From NCBI GenBank assembly GCA_017511535.1, contig JAFWJS010000037.1:23025-87024 (forward strand): a stretch of 64,000 bases of DNA, written 5' to 3'. Position numbers and translations under genes: made by a program. Shown piece by piece: positions 37,517 to 45,814 of the stretch. Source of the DNA: Eubacterium sp. GTDB lineage: Bacteria; Bacillota; Clostridia; Peptostreptococcales; Anaerovoracaceae. Under the pieces are notes generated by a model. The model was not told where the DNA came from and did no database searches. It saw only the letters and a program-made list of their open reading frames with translations. How positions within the stretch are numbered: position 1 is the stretch's first letter; each line of letters starts with the position of its first letter.

Positions 37517-38029
37517 ATGGAGAAGAAACCAGACAAGATATCGCTTGAAAAGGCTCTCAGAGAATCACATCCTGCAGAGTGGGATCAGATACCGGACATC
37601 GATCTGTACAAGGACCAGCTTACTGAGTATCTGAAGAGGCAGCATATAGGGTTCGTACTTGGCATGGAAGAGCCTCTTACTTCAGCCATGATCAACAATT
37701 ATATCAAAGCAGGAGTCCTGCCGAGAGCGAAGGGCAAGCGCTATGACCGCGACCACATAGCATGTCTTACTGCTGTAGCCCTTTTGAAACAGGTGCTTTC
37801 AGTCCAGGAGACAGGTGAGCTTCTGAATATGTCTATAGATGACGGTGATGTCAGAGCTTTCTATGACAAATACAGAGATGTGCTGGCCGATGAGCTGGAT
37901 AACGTCGCATACGAGCTGGATAAAGCAGACTCTGATGAAAGCATCAAAGAGCTCGCGCTGAGCCTGGCGGTAAGAAGTTATGCTGACAAACTGCTCTGCA
38001 GAGAGCTTCTTATGATATTGAATGTTTAA
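37517..38029 (+). CDS. DUF1836 family protein (predicted HTH regulator)
   Basis: 'W.QIPDIDLY.DQ', 'LTSAMINNYIK.G..P...K.Y...HIA...LKQVLS'. Confidence 0.88.
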   Translation: MEKKPDKISLEKALRESHPAEWDQIPDIDLYKDQLTEYLKRQHIGFVLGMEEPLTSAMINNYIKAGVLPRAKGKRYDRDHIACLTAVALLKQVLSVQETGELLNMSIDDGDVRAFYDKYRDVLADELDNVAYELDKADSDESIKELALSLAVRSYADKLLCRELLMILNV

Positions 38030-38047
38030 TTTAGGAGGCATTTGAAA

Positions 38048-41000
38048 ATGTCAGTGATAGACCTGCGTCTCACAGAAGAGACTATTGCGGTTATTGAAGA
38101 GATCGGCGGGCATATGCCGGGAGGGTTTTTCATCTATAAAGATGATGAGGAGAATACTCTTTTATACGCCAATAAAGTGGTATGGAATCTGCTGGGATGT
38201 GAGACTCTGGATGAATTCAAAGAATTTACCGGCTTCACATTCAGAGGTATGGTACATCCGGACGACTACGACGGCGTCGTGCATTCCATAGCACGTCAGA
38301 TAGAAGAGACCGAAGGCAGGATGGATCACGCCGTATACCGTATACGCCGTAAAGACGGAGAAGCAAGGTGGGTGGATGATTACGGTCACTATGTCAGTAC
38401 AGTACAGTACGGCGGTACTTATACTGTCTTTATCACTGACATAACGAAAGAACGCAAAAAGCGTGAAGAAGATACAGCTGTAAGAGACGCGGTCATTTCG
38501 ACGCTGACGAATTCATACAATACGGTATGGCTGATAAACGACGTGGTGACGGAAAGCTGCTCACTGTATCACACTGATATGGATAAATCACATGAAGAGG
38601 CTATCAGGAACGCATTGAGCCATGCGAAGTATACTGACACCAAGACGCAGTATGTAAACACCATGGTCGCGCCGGAAGACCGTGACCGCATGCAGGAACA
38701 GATAGGTCTGCCGTACATTCTGGAACAGTTCAAGACCAGAGATCAGTTCTCTGTCAATTTTGTCAGGGCGCTGGAATCAGGGCCAAGACACTATCGTATA
38801 GACTTCGGTAAGGTGCATATGCCTGGAAACAGGATCGGCGTCACGATGGGGTTCAAGGATGTCGATGAGGAAGTCCGTCAGGGAAGGGCTATACGTGAGG
38901 CTCTGGAAGAAGCAAAAAGAGTTGAAGAAGAAAACAGGCGGCTGGAGGAGGAAGTGGAATCTGCCGCAAAGCTGGCTGACCTGATGGGCTCAGTGACTTC
39001 ACTGCTGTCCAATATGCCGGCAATGAGCTTCTCCAAAGATATAGAGACACGCAGATATACAGCATGCAATCAGGCATTTGCGGAGTATGCGGGAAAAGAA
39101 AAGCCTGAAGATGTCGTCGGCCTTACTGACCATGACATATTTGATAAAGAGACAGCGGACCATTTCGTAGAGGATGATACCAAGGCGATCGAGATGGATG
39201 AAGCATATATCTTCTTCGAGGATGTGCCTGATGCGACAGGTAAAACGGTGAGAAATCTGCAGACGACGAAGTCTAAATTTGTGGATTCTAATGGAAGAAC
39301 ATGCCTTCTCGGAATGTGTGTGGATGTCACCATGATGACTCAGGTAAAGACGACCGAAGCAGAGGCACGGGCGAAGCAGCAAGAACTGGAGGAGAAACTG
39401 GCGCTGCAGGAACAGTTCCTTAAGCAGGAAGAAAAGCAGAAAGAACTCAACAATATGATCACTGCGATGGCGTCCGACTACCGAAGTGTGTATCACGTTG
39501 ATCTGGATACAGATGATACGATATGCTACCGTGCTGATCCGAACGATCCGGATGATGTGAAGGAAGGGCAGCATTTCCCTTATTATGCGACATTTACGAA
39601 ATATTGCGAGGACTATGTAGACAAGGAATATAAAAATGGGTTCATGGAATTTATAGATCCTGATAACGTCAGGAAAGTCCTGACAGATGAGTCCATAATG
39701 GTGTACAGATATCTCGCGCACCGTAACGGGAGTAATTACTATGAGATGCTTCGTATGGCGGGAGTGCGTCATCCGGGACAAAGAGACGACAATACTGTAC
39801 ATGCAGTTGGAGTAGGATTCACTGTGATCGATGAAGAGATGCGTGAATCCATGGCGAAGAATCACGCGCTGGCTGAAGCGCTTACAGCCGCAGAAGAGGC
39901 TAATAAAGCCAAAACGTCATTCCTGTCCAACATGAGTCATGAGATCAGGACCCCGATGAACGCGATCATAGGTCTTACCAGCATTGCACTTGCGGATAGC
40001 AGGCTGAATAATGTGACAAAAGAATACATGGGTAAGATAGATACCTCCGCGCATCATCTTCTGGGGATCATAAACGATATACTGGATATGTCGAGGATAG
40101 AGTCGGGCAGAATGGTGATAAAGAGCGAGGAGTTCTCATTCGCCAAGACGCTGGAGCAGGTGAATACAATAATCGGAGGACAGTGCAGAGACAAGGGACT
40201 TACCTATGACTGTAAGACTCAGAGCAAGATCGACGAATACTATATCGGCGACGATATGAAGCTGAGACAGGTGCTGATCAACATACTGGGGAACGCGGTG
40301 AAATTCACGCCGGAAGGAGGCAAAGTGACGCTTACCGTTGAAGAGACGGCAAGGTTCAATGATAAAGCGACTTTGAAATTCACAATGTCTGACACCGGTA
40401 TCGGAATGAGTGAAGAGTATCTTCCGAAGCTGTTTGAACCGTTCACACAGGAAGGTTCCGGAGCGACTAACAAGTATGGAAGCACAGGACTCGGGATGCC
40501 TATAACAAAAAGCATAGTCGAGCTTATGAACGGCAATATCGAAGTGGAAAGCAAGAAGGGTGAAGGTACCACTTTCACGGTGATCGTCACACTCGGCTGT
40601 TCAGAAATGCAGATGGCCTCTTCTGAGGACGGAATGCCTGAGCTCCATGAGATGTGTGTACTCGTTATCGACGATGACGAGATAGCCTGTGAACATGCGC
40701 GTGTGGTGCTCGGACAGGTAGGAATATCGTGTGAATCCGCGCTGTCAGGGGCTGAAGGAATTGAGAAGGTCAGAGTGCGTCATGCAAGGCGTGAGCCGTA
40801 TAACCTCATCCTCGTCGACTGGAAGATGCCTGACATGGACGGCCTGGAGACTACTAAGAGGATAAGAGCTGAAGTCGGAGATGAGATGCCGATCATAATC
40901 CTGACGTCATACAGCTGGGAAGACATAGCAGATGAAGCAAGAGCTGCAGGAGTCGATACGTTCGTCGCGAAACCGCTGTTCGCGGGCAACGTGATGGATG

Positions 41001-41440
41001 AGTTCAAGGCGGCGTTCAAGAAAAAGAACAAGAAGCTTGCTAGTGCAACTGCTGATCTGAAAGGGCGCCGTATCCTTCTGGCGGAAGACATGGAAGTGAA
41101 CGCGGAGATCATGATGATGATACTTTCCATGAGAGAGATCGAGGTCGACCTTGCGGAGAACGGAAAGATCGCAGTCGAGATGTTTGAAAGTCATGAAGAA
41201 GGGTACTATGACGCTGTACTGATGGATATGAGGATGCCGGTCATGGACGGCCTTGAAGCTTCAAAGAAGATACGTGGGCTTGACAGAGACGACGCGAAGA
41301 ATATTCCGATCGTGGCACTTACAGCCAATGCATTCGATGACGATGTCCAGAGGAGCATGCAGGCAGGATTGAACGCGCATTTAAGCAAGCCGGTCGAACC
41401 TGAAACGCTGTTCAGAACGCTGGAAAGCCTTATCCGGTGA
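38048..41440 (+). CDS. Soluble hybrid sensor histidine kinase (PAS domains, HisKA, HATPase, two receiver domains)
   Basis: 'MPGGF...VHPDD' PAS; H-box FLSNMSHEIRTPMN; N/G boxes NAVKFT, DTGIGM, GSTGLG; REC motifs 'DWKMPDMDG' and 'MDMRMPVMDG'; no TM segment. Confidence 0.93.
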   Translation: MSVIDLRLTEETIAVIEEIGGHMPGGFFIYKDDEENTLLYANKVVWNLLGCETLDEFKEFTGFTFRGMVHPDDYDGVVHSIARQIEETEGRMDHAVYRIRRKDGEARWVDDYGHYVSTVQYGGTYTVFITDITKERKKREEDTAVRDAVISTLTNSYNTVWLINDVVTESCSLYHTDMDKSHEEAIRNALSHAKYTDTKTQYVNTMVAPEDRDRMQEQIGLPYILEQFKTRDQFSVNFVRALESGPRHYRIDFGKVHMPGNRIGVTMGFKDVDEEVRQGRAIREALEEAKRVEEENRRLEEEVESAAKLADLMGSVTSLLSNMPAMSFSKDIETRRYTACNQAFAEYAGKEKPEDVVGLTDHDIFDKETADHFVEDDTKAIEMDEAYIFFEDVPDATGKTVRNLQTTKSKFVDSNGRTCLLGMCVDVTMMTQVKTTEAEARAKQQELEEKLALQEQFLKQEEKQKELNNMITAMASDYRSVYHVDLDTDDTICYRADPNDPDDVKEGQHFPYYATFTKYCEDYVDKEYKNGFMEFIDPDNVRKVLTDESIMVYRYLAHRNGSNYYEMLRMAGVRHPGQRDDNTVHAVGVGFTVIDEEMRESMAKNHALAEALTAAEEANKAKTSFLSNMSHEIRTPMNAIIGLTSIALADSRLNNVTKEYMGKIDTSAHHLLGIINDILDMSRIESGRMVIKSEEFSFAKTLEQVNTIIGGQCRDKGLTYDCKTQSKIDEYYIGDDMKLRQVLINILGNAVKFTPEGGKVTLTVEETARFNDKATLKFTMSDTGIGMSEEYLPKLFEPFTQEGSGATNKYGSTGLGMPITKSIVELMNGNIEVESKKGEGTTFTVIVTLGCSEMQMASSEDGMPELHEMCVLVIDDDEIACEHARVVLGQVGISCESALSGAEGIEKVRVRHARREPYNLILVDWKMPDMDGLETTKRIRAEVGDEMPIIILTSYSWEDIADEARAAGVDTFVAKPLFAGNVMDEFKAAFKKKNKKLASATADLKGRRILLAEDMEVNAEIMMMILSMREIEVDLAENGKIAVEMFESHEEGYYDAVLMDMRMPVMDGLEASKKIRGLDRDDAKNIPIVALTANAFDDDVQRSMQAGLNAHLSKPVEPETLFRTLESLIR

Positions 41441-41559
41441 CGCATTGTCAACAGGATGCGGGTGACGGAGTTCATCAGAGCATTGACAGATTTGATACAA
41501 TAGTTTTGTTATGATATGAACGATAATATGATATATATTCACATGAAAGGGGAGCAGAA

Positions 41560-42660
41560 ATGGCAAAAGTAGATATTTTCTCGGGATTCCTCGGAGCCGG
41601 AAAAACAACACTTATCAAGAAGCTCATCGCTGAGGCTTACGGTGATGAGCAGATCGTGCTGATCGAGAATGAGTTCGGTGAGATCGGAGTGGACAGCGGA
41701 TTCCTGAGAGAAACAGGTGTACAGATAAATGAAATGAGCGCGGGGTGCATATGCTGCACACTTGTCGGGGACTTCGGCAAGGCGCTCAACGAAGTAGTAG
41801 AGAAGTATGATCCGGACAGGATACTGATCGAGCCGTCAGGAGTAGGGAAACTGAGCGACGTTATCATAGCAGTCCAGGATCTCAATAACGACAATATACA
41901 GCTCAACGGTTTCACGACAGTAGTCGACGCCAAGAAAGTCAAGATGTATCTGAAGAACTTCGGCGAGTTCTACAAGAATCAGGTAGAAAACGCGAGCTCG
42001 ATAATACTCAGCCACACAGCGGGAATGTCCGACGAGAAGATAGAGGAAGTTGTCAGGACGATGCGTGAGATGAATAAGACTGCGTCTATCGTAACTACTG
42101 ACTGGGATCAGATCTCAGGCGCCAAGATCCTGGAAACGATGGAGAAAGAGAAGACTTTGTCGGCAGAACTCGATAAGCTCCGCGAAGAGGCATACGCTGA
42201 GCAGGCTGAGCACGAGGCGGAGCACCACCATCACCACCATCATGATGACGATGACGACCATGATGAGCATGAGCATCATTGTCATCATCACCACGACCAC
42301 GACGACGATGACGATCATGATCACGATGACCATGACCACGAGGAACACGAACACCATCATCATCACCATCACCACCACGCAGATGAGGTGTTCGATCAGT
42401 TCGGAGTAGAAACTGCAAAGCGTTATACCAGGGATGATATGCTGTCGATACTTGAGAAGCTTCAGGATGAAGAAAAGTGTGGAATGGTACTTCGCTCCAA
42501 AGGCATCGTAGAAGGTGAAAACGGCGAATGGATCCACTTTGATTATGTGCCTGGAGAGCCTGAAGTCAGGACCGGGACCGCAGAAGCCACAGGGATGATC
42601 TGTGTCATCGGCACGAATCTGGACCAGGAGTATATAAAAGGACTGTTCGGGATCGAATAG
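41560..42660 (+). CDS. CobW/COG0523 metallochaperone GTPase with a His/Asp-rich insert
   Basis: GFLGAGKTT, ENEFGE, GCICC, IEPSG; poly-His tract at about 42220-42378. Confidence 0.93.
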   Translation: MAKVDIFSGFLGAGKTTLIKKLIAEAYGDEQIVLIENEFGEIGVDSGFLRETGVQINEMSAGCICCTLVGDFGKALNEVVEKYDPDRILIEPSGVGKLSDVIIAVQDLNNDNIQLNGFTTVVDAKKVKMYLKNFGEFYKNQVENASSIILSHTAGMSDEKIEEVVRTMREMNKTASIVTTDWDQISGAKILETMEKEKTLSAELDKLREEAYAEQAEHEAEHHHHHHHDDDDDHDEHEHHCHHHHDHDDDDDHDHDDHDHEEHEHHHHHHHHHADEVFDQFGVETAKRYTRDDMLSILEKLQDEEKCGMVLRSKGIVEGENGEWIHFDYVPGEPEVRTGTAEATGMICVIGTNLDQEYIKGLFGIE

Positions 42661-42669
42661 GAGCAAGGC

Positions 42670-43623
42670 ATGAAGAGAGAATTACCGGTATACCTGTTCA
42701 CGGGATTCCTGGGATCAGGCAAAACGACATTTATACAGGACACGCTGGAGTCAGAGGACTTTCTGACAGAGGAAAAGACTCTGTTTCTGCTGTGCGAAGA
42801 GGGCGAAACAGAATATGATCCCGGCAAGTTCTATGATACTGACATACACTTCGAAACGATAGAGAATGAATCGGATATAACTTCGGCCAATCTGGATAAG
42901 CTTGCCGAGAAGCATGACGCCGAGGCGGTGATCGTAGAGTACAACGGCATGTGGATGCTGGATACTTTCTACGGTAATCTTCCTGAGAACTGGTATGTGA
43001 ATCAGGAAATGACATTTATTGAGTCGCCGCTGTTCATGACATACAACCAGAATATGCGCCAGCTCGTTTTCGACAAGCTGAAGAGCGCTGAACTCGTTGT
43101 GTTCAACAGATTTGACCATGCGTGGGACAAACTTGAATATCACAAGATCGTAAGAGTAGCGAACCGTAAGTCGCAGATAGTATATGAATTCGGTCCGGAC
43201 GACGTGGAGCCTGATATTTTCCAGGACCCGCTGCCATACGACATGGACGCGCCGATCGTAGTGATCAAAGATGACGATTACGCTGAGTTCTACCGCGACC
43301 TCAATGAGAATATGAAAAACTACGGCGGGAAGACGATGAAGATCAAAGGCCGCGCGGTGACCGGGAAGGATATACCTGAGGGAAAATTCGTGTTCGGCCG
43401 CCACGTAATGACATGCTGTGTGCAGGACATCCAGTTTGCCGGCATGGTATGTAAATATCCTTCTACTGTCAAGCGTCCGGAAAACGGACAATGGGTCAAG
43501 ATCACAGGGAAGATCAAGATCGAGACAGACCCGATCTACGGAGACGGACTTCCGGGGCCGGTCGTATACTGCACCAAGGTAACAGCCGTGAATCCGGCAG
43601 ATCCCGAAGTGGCACAGTTCTGA
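42670..43623 (+). CDS. CobW-like GTPase domain fused to a TIGR03943/DUF1980-like C-terminal domain
   Basis: GFLGSGKTT, 'CEEGE.EY', 'EYNGMW', 'GR.VMTCC..D'. Confidence 0.85.
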   Translation: MKRELPVYLFTGFLGSGKTTFIQDTLESEDFLTEEKTLFLLCEEGETEYDPGKFYDTDIHFETIENESDITSANLDKLAEKHDAEAVIVEYNGMWMLDTFYGNLPENWYVNQEMTFIESPLFMTYNQNMRQLVFDKLKSAELVVFNRFDHAWDKLEYHKIVRVANRKSQIVYEFGPDDVEPDIFQDPLPYDMDAPIVVIKDDDYAEFYRDLNENMKNYGGKTMKIKGRAVTGKDIPEGKFVFGRHVMTCCVQDIQFAGMVCKYPSTVKRPENGQWVKITGKIKIETDPIYGDGLPGPVVYCTKVTAVNPADPEVAQF

Positions 43624-43654
43624 TACGCCCCGGGACGGTTCTGGGTGTCGCATT

Positions 43655-44461
43655 ATGAATTATACGTATATACTTAAATGTGCCGACGGCACACTGTACA
43701 CAGGATGGACTAATGACATCGGGAAACGTCTTGCCGCTCATAACAGCGGCAGGGGTGCGAAATATACGAAGTCACGGCTTCCTGTGTCTTTATTTTATCT
43801 GGAGGAACACCTTGACAGGAGAACGGCCATGCGCCGTGAGGTGCTGATCAAAAAAATGACGAGGAGCGAGAAAATGACATTAGCTGAGACAAAGAAAAGG
43901 ATATTGCTTGTAAACGCATGTGTAAGACCGGCGTCCAGGACCATGGAGCTTGCGCGTGAGCTTCTGAAGCATCTTGACGGATCGGTAGAGGAAGTGGACA
44001 TCGAGAAGGAGAAGATCCTGCCGCTGACGAACGCTCAGATGGAGAAGCGCCAGGCGGCCTGCGACGCCGGGATCACAGACCTTCCGATGATGAAATATGC
44101 GTGGCAGTTCGCAGAGGCTGACGAGATAGTTGTGGCGGCGCCGTACTGGGACCTCAGCTTCCCTGCGATTCTGAAGGCATATTTTGAACAGATCACCGTA
44201 TCAGGAGTGACATTCAAGAATATGGGCGACGGTTCATATAAGAAGCTCTGCAAGGCAAAGAAGCTGTACTATGTCATGACGGCCGGCGGCCCGATATATG
44301 AGCCGAATATGGGATTCGAGTACGTGAAGACTCTTGTTTTCGAATTCTACGGCATCAAAGACATTACTCTGTTCACTGCGGAGATGCTGGATGTCGACGG
44401 TATGGATGTCGCTGCCATCATGGATGCAGCAAAAACAAAAATAAACAGCTTTTTCGAATAA
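43655..44461 (+). CDS. GIY-YIG nuclease (UPF0213) fused to a flavodoxin-like NAD(P)H:FMN azoreductase domain
   Basis: 'YTYIL.CADGTLYTG.TND...R...HN.G.GAKYT..R.P' followed in frame by 'ILLVNAC.R..SRT...AAPYWDLSFPA.LK.Y...TAGG'. Confidence 0.88.
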   Translation: MNYTYILKCADGTLYTGWTNDIGKRLAAHNSGRGAKYTKSRLPVSLFYLEEHLDRRTAMRREVLIKKMTRSEKMTLAETKKRILLVNACVRPASRTMELARELLKHLDGSVEEVDIEKEKILPLTNAQMEKRQAACDAGITDLPMMKYAWQFAEADEIVVAAPYWDLSFPAILKAYFEQITVSGVTFKNMGDGSYKKLCKAKKLYYVMTAGGPIYEPNMGFEYVKTLVFEFYGIKDITLFTAEMLDVDGMDVAAIMDAAKTKINSFFE

Positions 44462-44483
44462 ACAAAGCAAAATGACATGACAC

Positions 44484-44508
44484 GCCTCCGCATTCAGCAG
44501 AGGCTTTT
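44484..44508 (+). terminator. Probable weak terminator
   Basis: GCCTC-cgcattcagca-GAGGC-TTTT after the stop at 44461. Confidence 0.5.
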
Positions 44509-44711
44509 CTGTAGCTGAGGATGTCAGAAATGCTGCTTTATCAGACATTAGTGATTATGAGGATGCCGTTATGGCAATGACTGCTGCCAGAACAGGAGCG
44601 GATTATATAGTCACACGCAATATAAAAGATTATTCACATTCAAAAGTCAAGGCGGTCAGACCCGCGGACTTTCTTCTGATGCTTGACAATAATAAGGAGA
44701 AACAGAATTGA
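44505..44711 (+). pseudogene. 5'-truncated PIN-domain (VapC-like) gene remnant
   Basis: Frame reads ...EDVRNAALSDISDYEDAVMAMTAARTGADYIVTRNIKDYSHSKVKAVRPADFL...*; in-frame TGA at 44478-44480 and no start codon before the motif. Confidence 0.8.
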
Positions 44712-45814
44712 AGCTGCTGCATATCTCAGATCTTCATATCGGGAAAAGAATATACGGATATGATCTGGAAGATGATCAGAGACACATACTGAAAGAGATC
44801 ATCAGCATCATTGATGTTGAGAAGCCTGACGCCGTACTTATCGCGGGCGACATATACGACAGGGCTGATCCTTCCGCGTCCGCGGTCAGGATATTCGATG
44901 ATTTCCTGAGCATGCTCGCGAAAAGAAAAACAGAAGTATTCATTATCTACGGCAACCACGATTCGGGAAGCAGGATCGCCTATGGGCATGACGTTTTCGG
45001 CGCTGCGGGAGTACATATATCTCCTGTATACGACGGGAATATCGAGCCGGTCAGGATCATGGACGGATACGGACCTGTCGACATCTACATGCTCCCGTAT
45101 CTGAGATCAGCTGACGCGGCTGAAGCTCTGGAGAAGATAAGTCCCGACAGCTCGGTCAGGAATGTCATATTGTCACACCAGTTCGTGACGTCGGCGGTAC
45201 TTGGGGAGTCTGAAGAGATGAACGTAGGCGCATTGGACAATATAGACGGCTCGCTTTACGGACCATTCGATTACGCGGCGCTTGGCCATATACACATGCC
45301 TCAGACGATAAAGACAGAGTCAGGGATCGTCCGCTATTCGGGCAGTCCTCTGGCATATTCATTTTCTGAGGCTGACCATATACATAAGTCGGTCACGATG
45401 GTGGCGCTTGGAGAGAAAGGCGCCGCTGATGTCAGCACGGTCGAGCTCTCGCCGCTCCACAGGATGCGCACGATCAAAGGCCTTTTCGGCGATCTTATCA
45501 GTGACAGAGGCCTCGCGGAAGAATGTAAAAACGACTACCTGAGGATAATACTGACAGATACAGGCGGCGTCATGGACGCTATGTCCAGACTCCAGACTGC
45601 CTTTGACAATGTGATGACTCTGGAATATGAATATATGAGGCAGCAGTCAGAAGACACTGAAATAGAAGAGACTCATGCAGAAGGATCTCCTGACGAGCTG
45701 TTCGACGCGCTTTACGAGCAGCAGCACGACGGGGAAACGATGAATGATTATCAGAAAGAAGCTGCGGCAGAGATGATCCGTGAGATCTGGGAGGATGGAA
45801 ATGAGACCGATTAA
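44708..45814 (+). CDS. sbcD: Exonuclease SbcCD subunit D
   Basis: 'HISDLHIG', 'AGDIYD', 'GNHD', 'ALGHIH', 'YSGSPL.YSFSE'; TTG start after AAGGAG. Confidence 0.95.
   Translation: MKLLHISDLHIGKRIYGYDLEDDQRHILKEIISIIDVEKPDAVLIAGDIYDRADPSASAVRIFDDFLSMLAKRKTEVFIIYGNHDSGSRIAYGHDVFGAAGVHISPVYDGNIEPVRIMDGYGPVDIYMLPYLRSADAAEALEKISPDSSVRNVILSHQFVTSAVLGESEEMNVGALDNIDGSLYGPFDYAALGHIHMPQTIKTESGIVRYSGSPLAYSFSEADHIHKSVTMVALGEKGAADVSTVELSPLHRMRTIKGLFGDLISDRGLAEECKNDYLRIILTDTGGVMDAMSRLQTAFDNVMTLEYEYMRQQSEDTEIEETHAEGSPDELFDALYEQQHDGETMNDYQKEAAAEMIREIWEDGNETD

Noticed and set aside
42095-42666. Antisense ORFs with Val/Met- or Gly/Arg-rich runs
   Set aside because: Shadow of the His/Asp codon tract in the CobW gene
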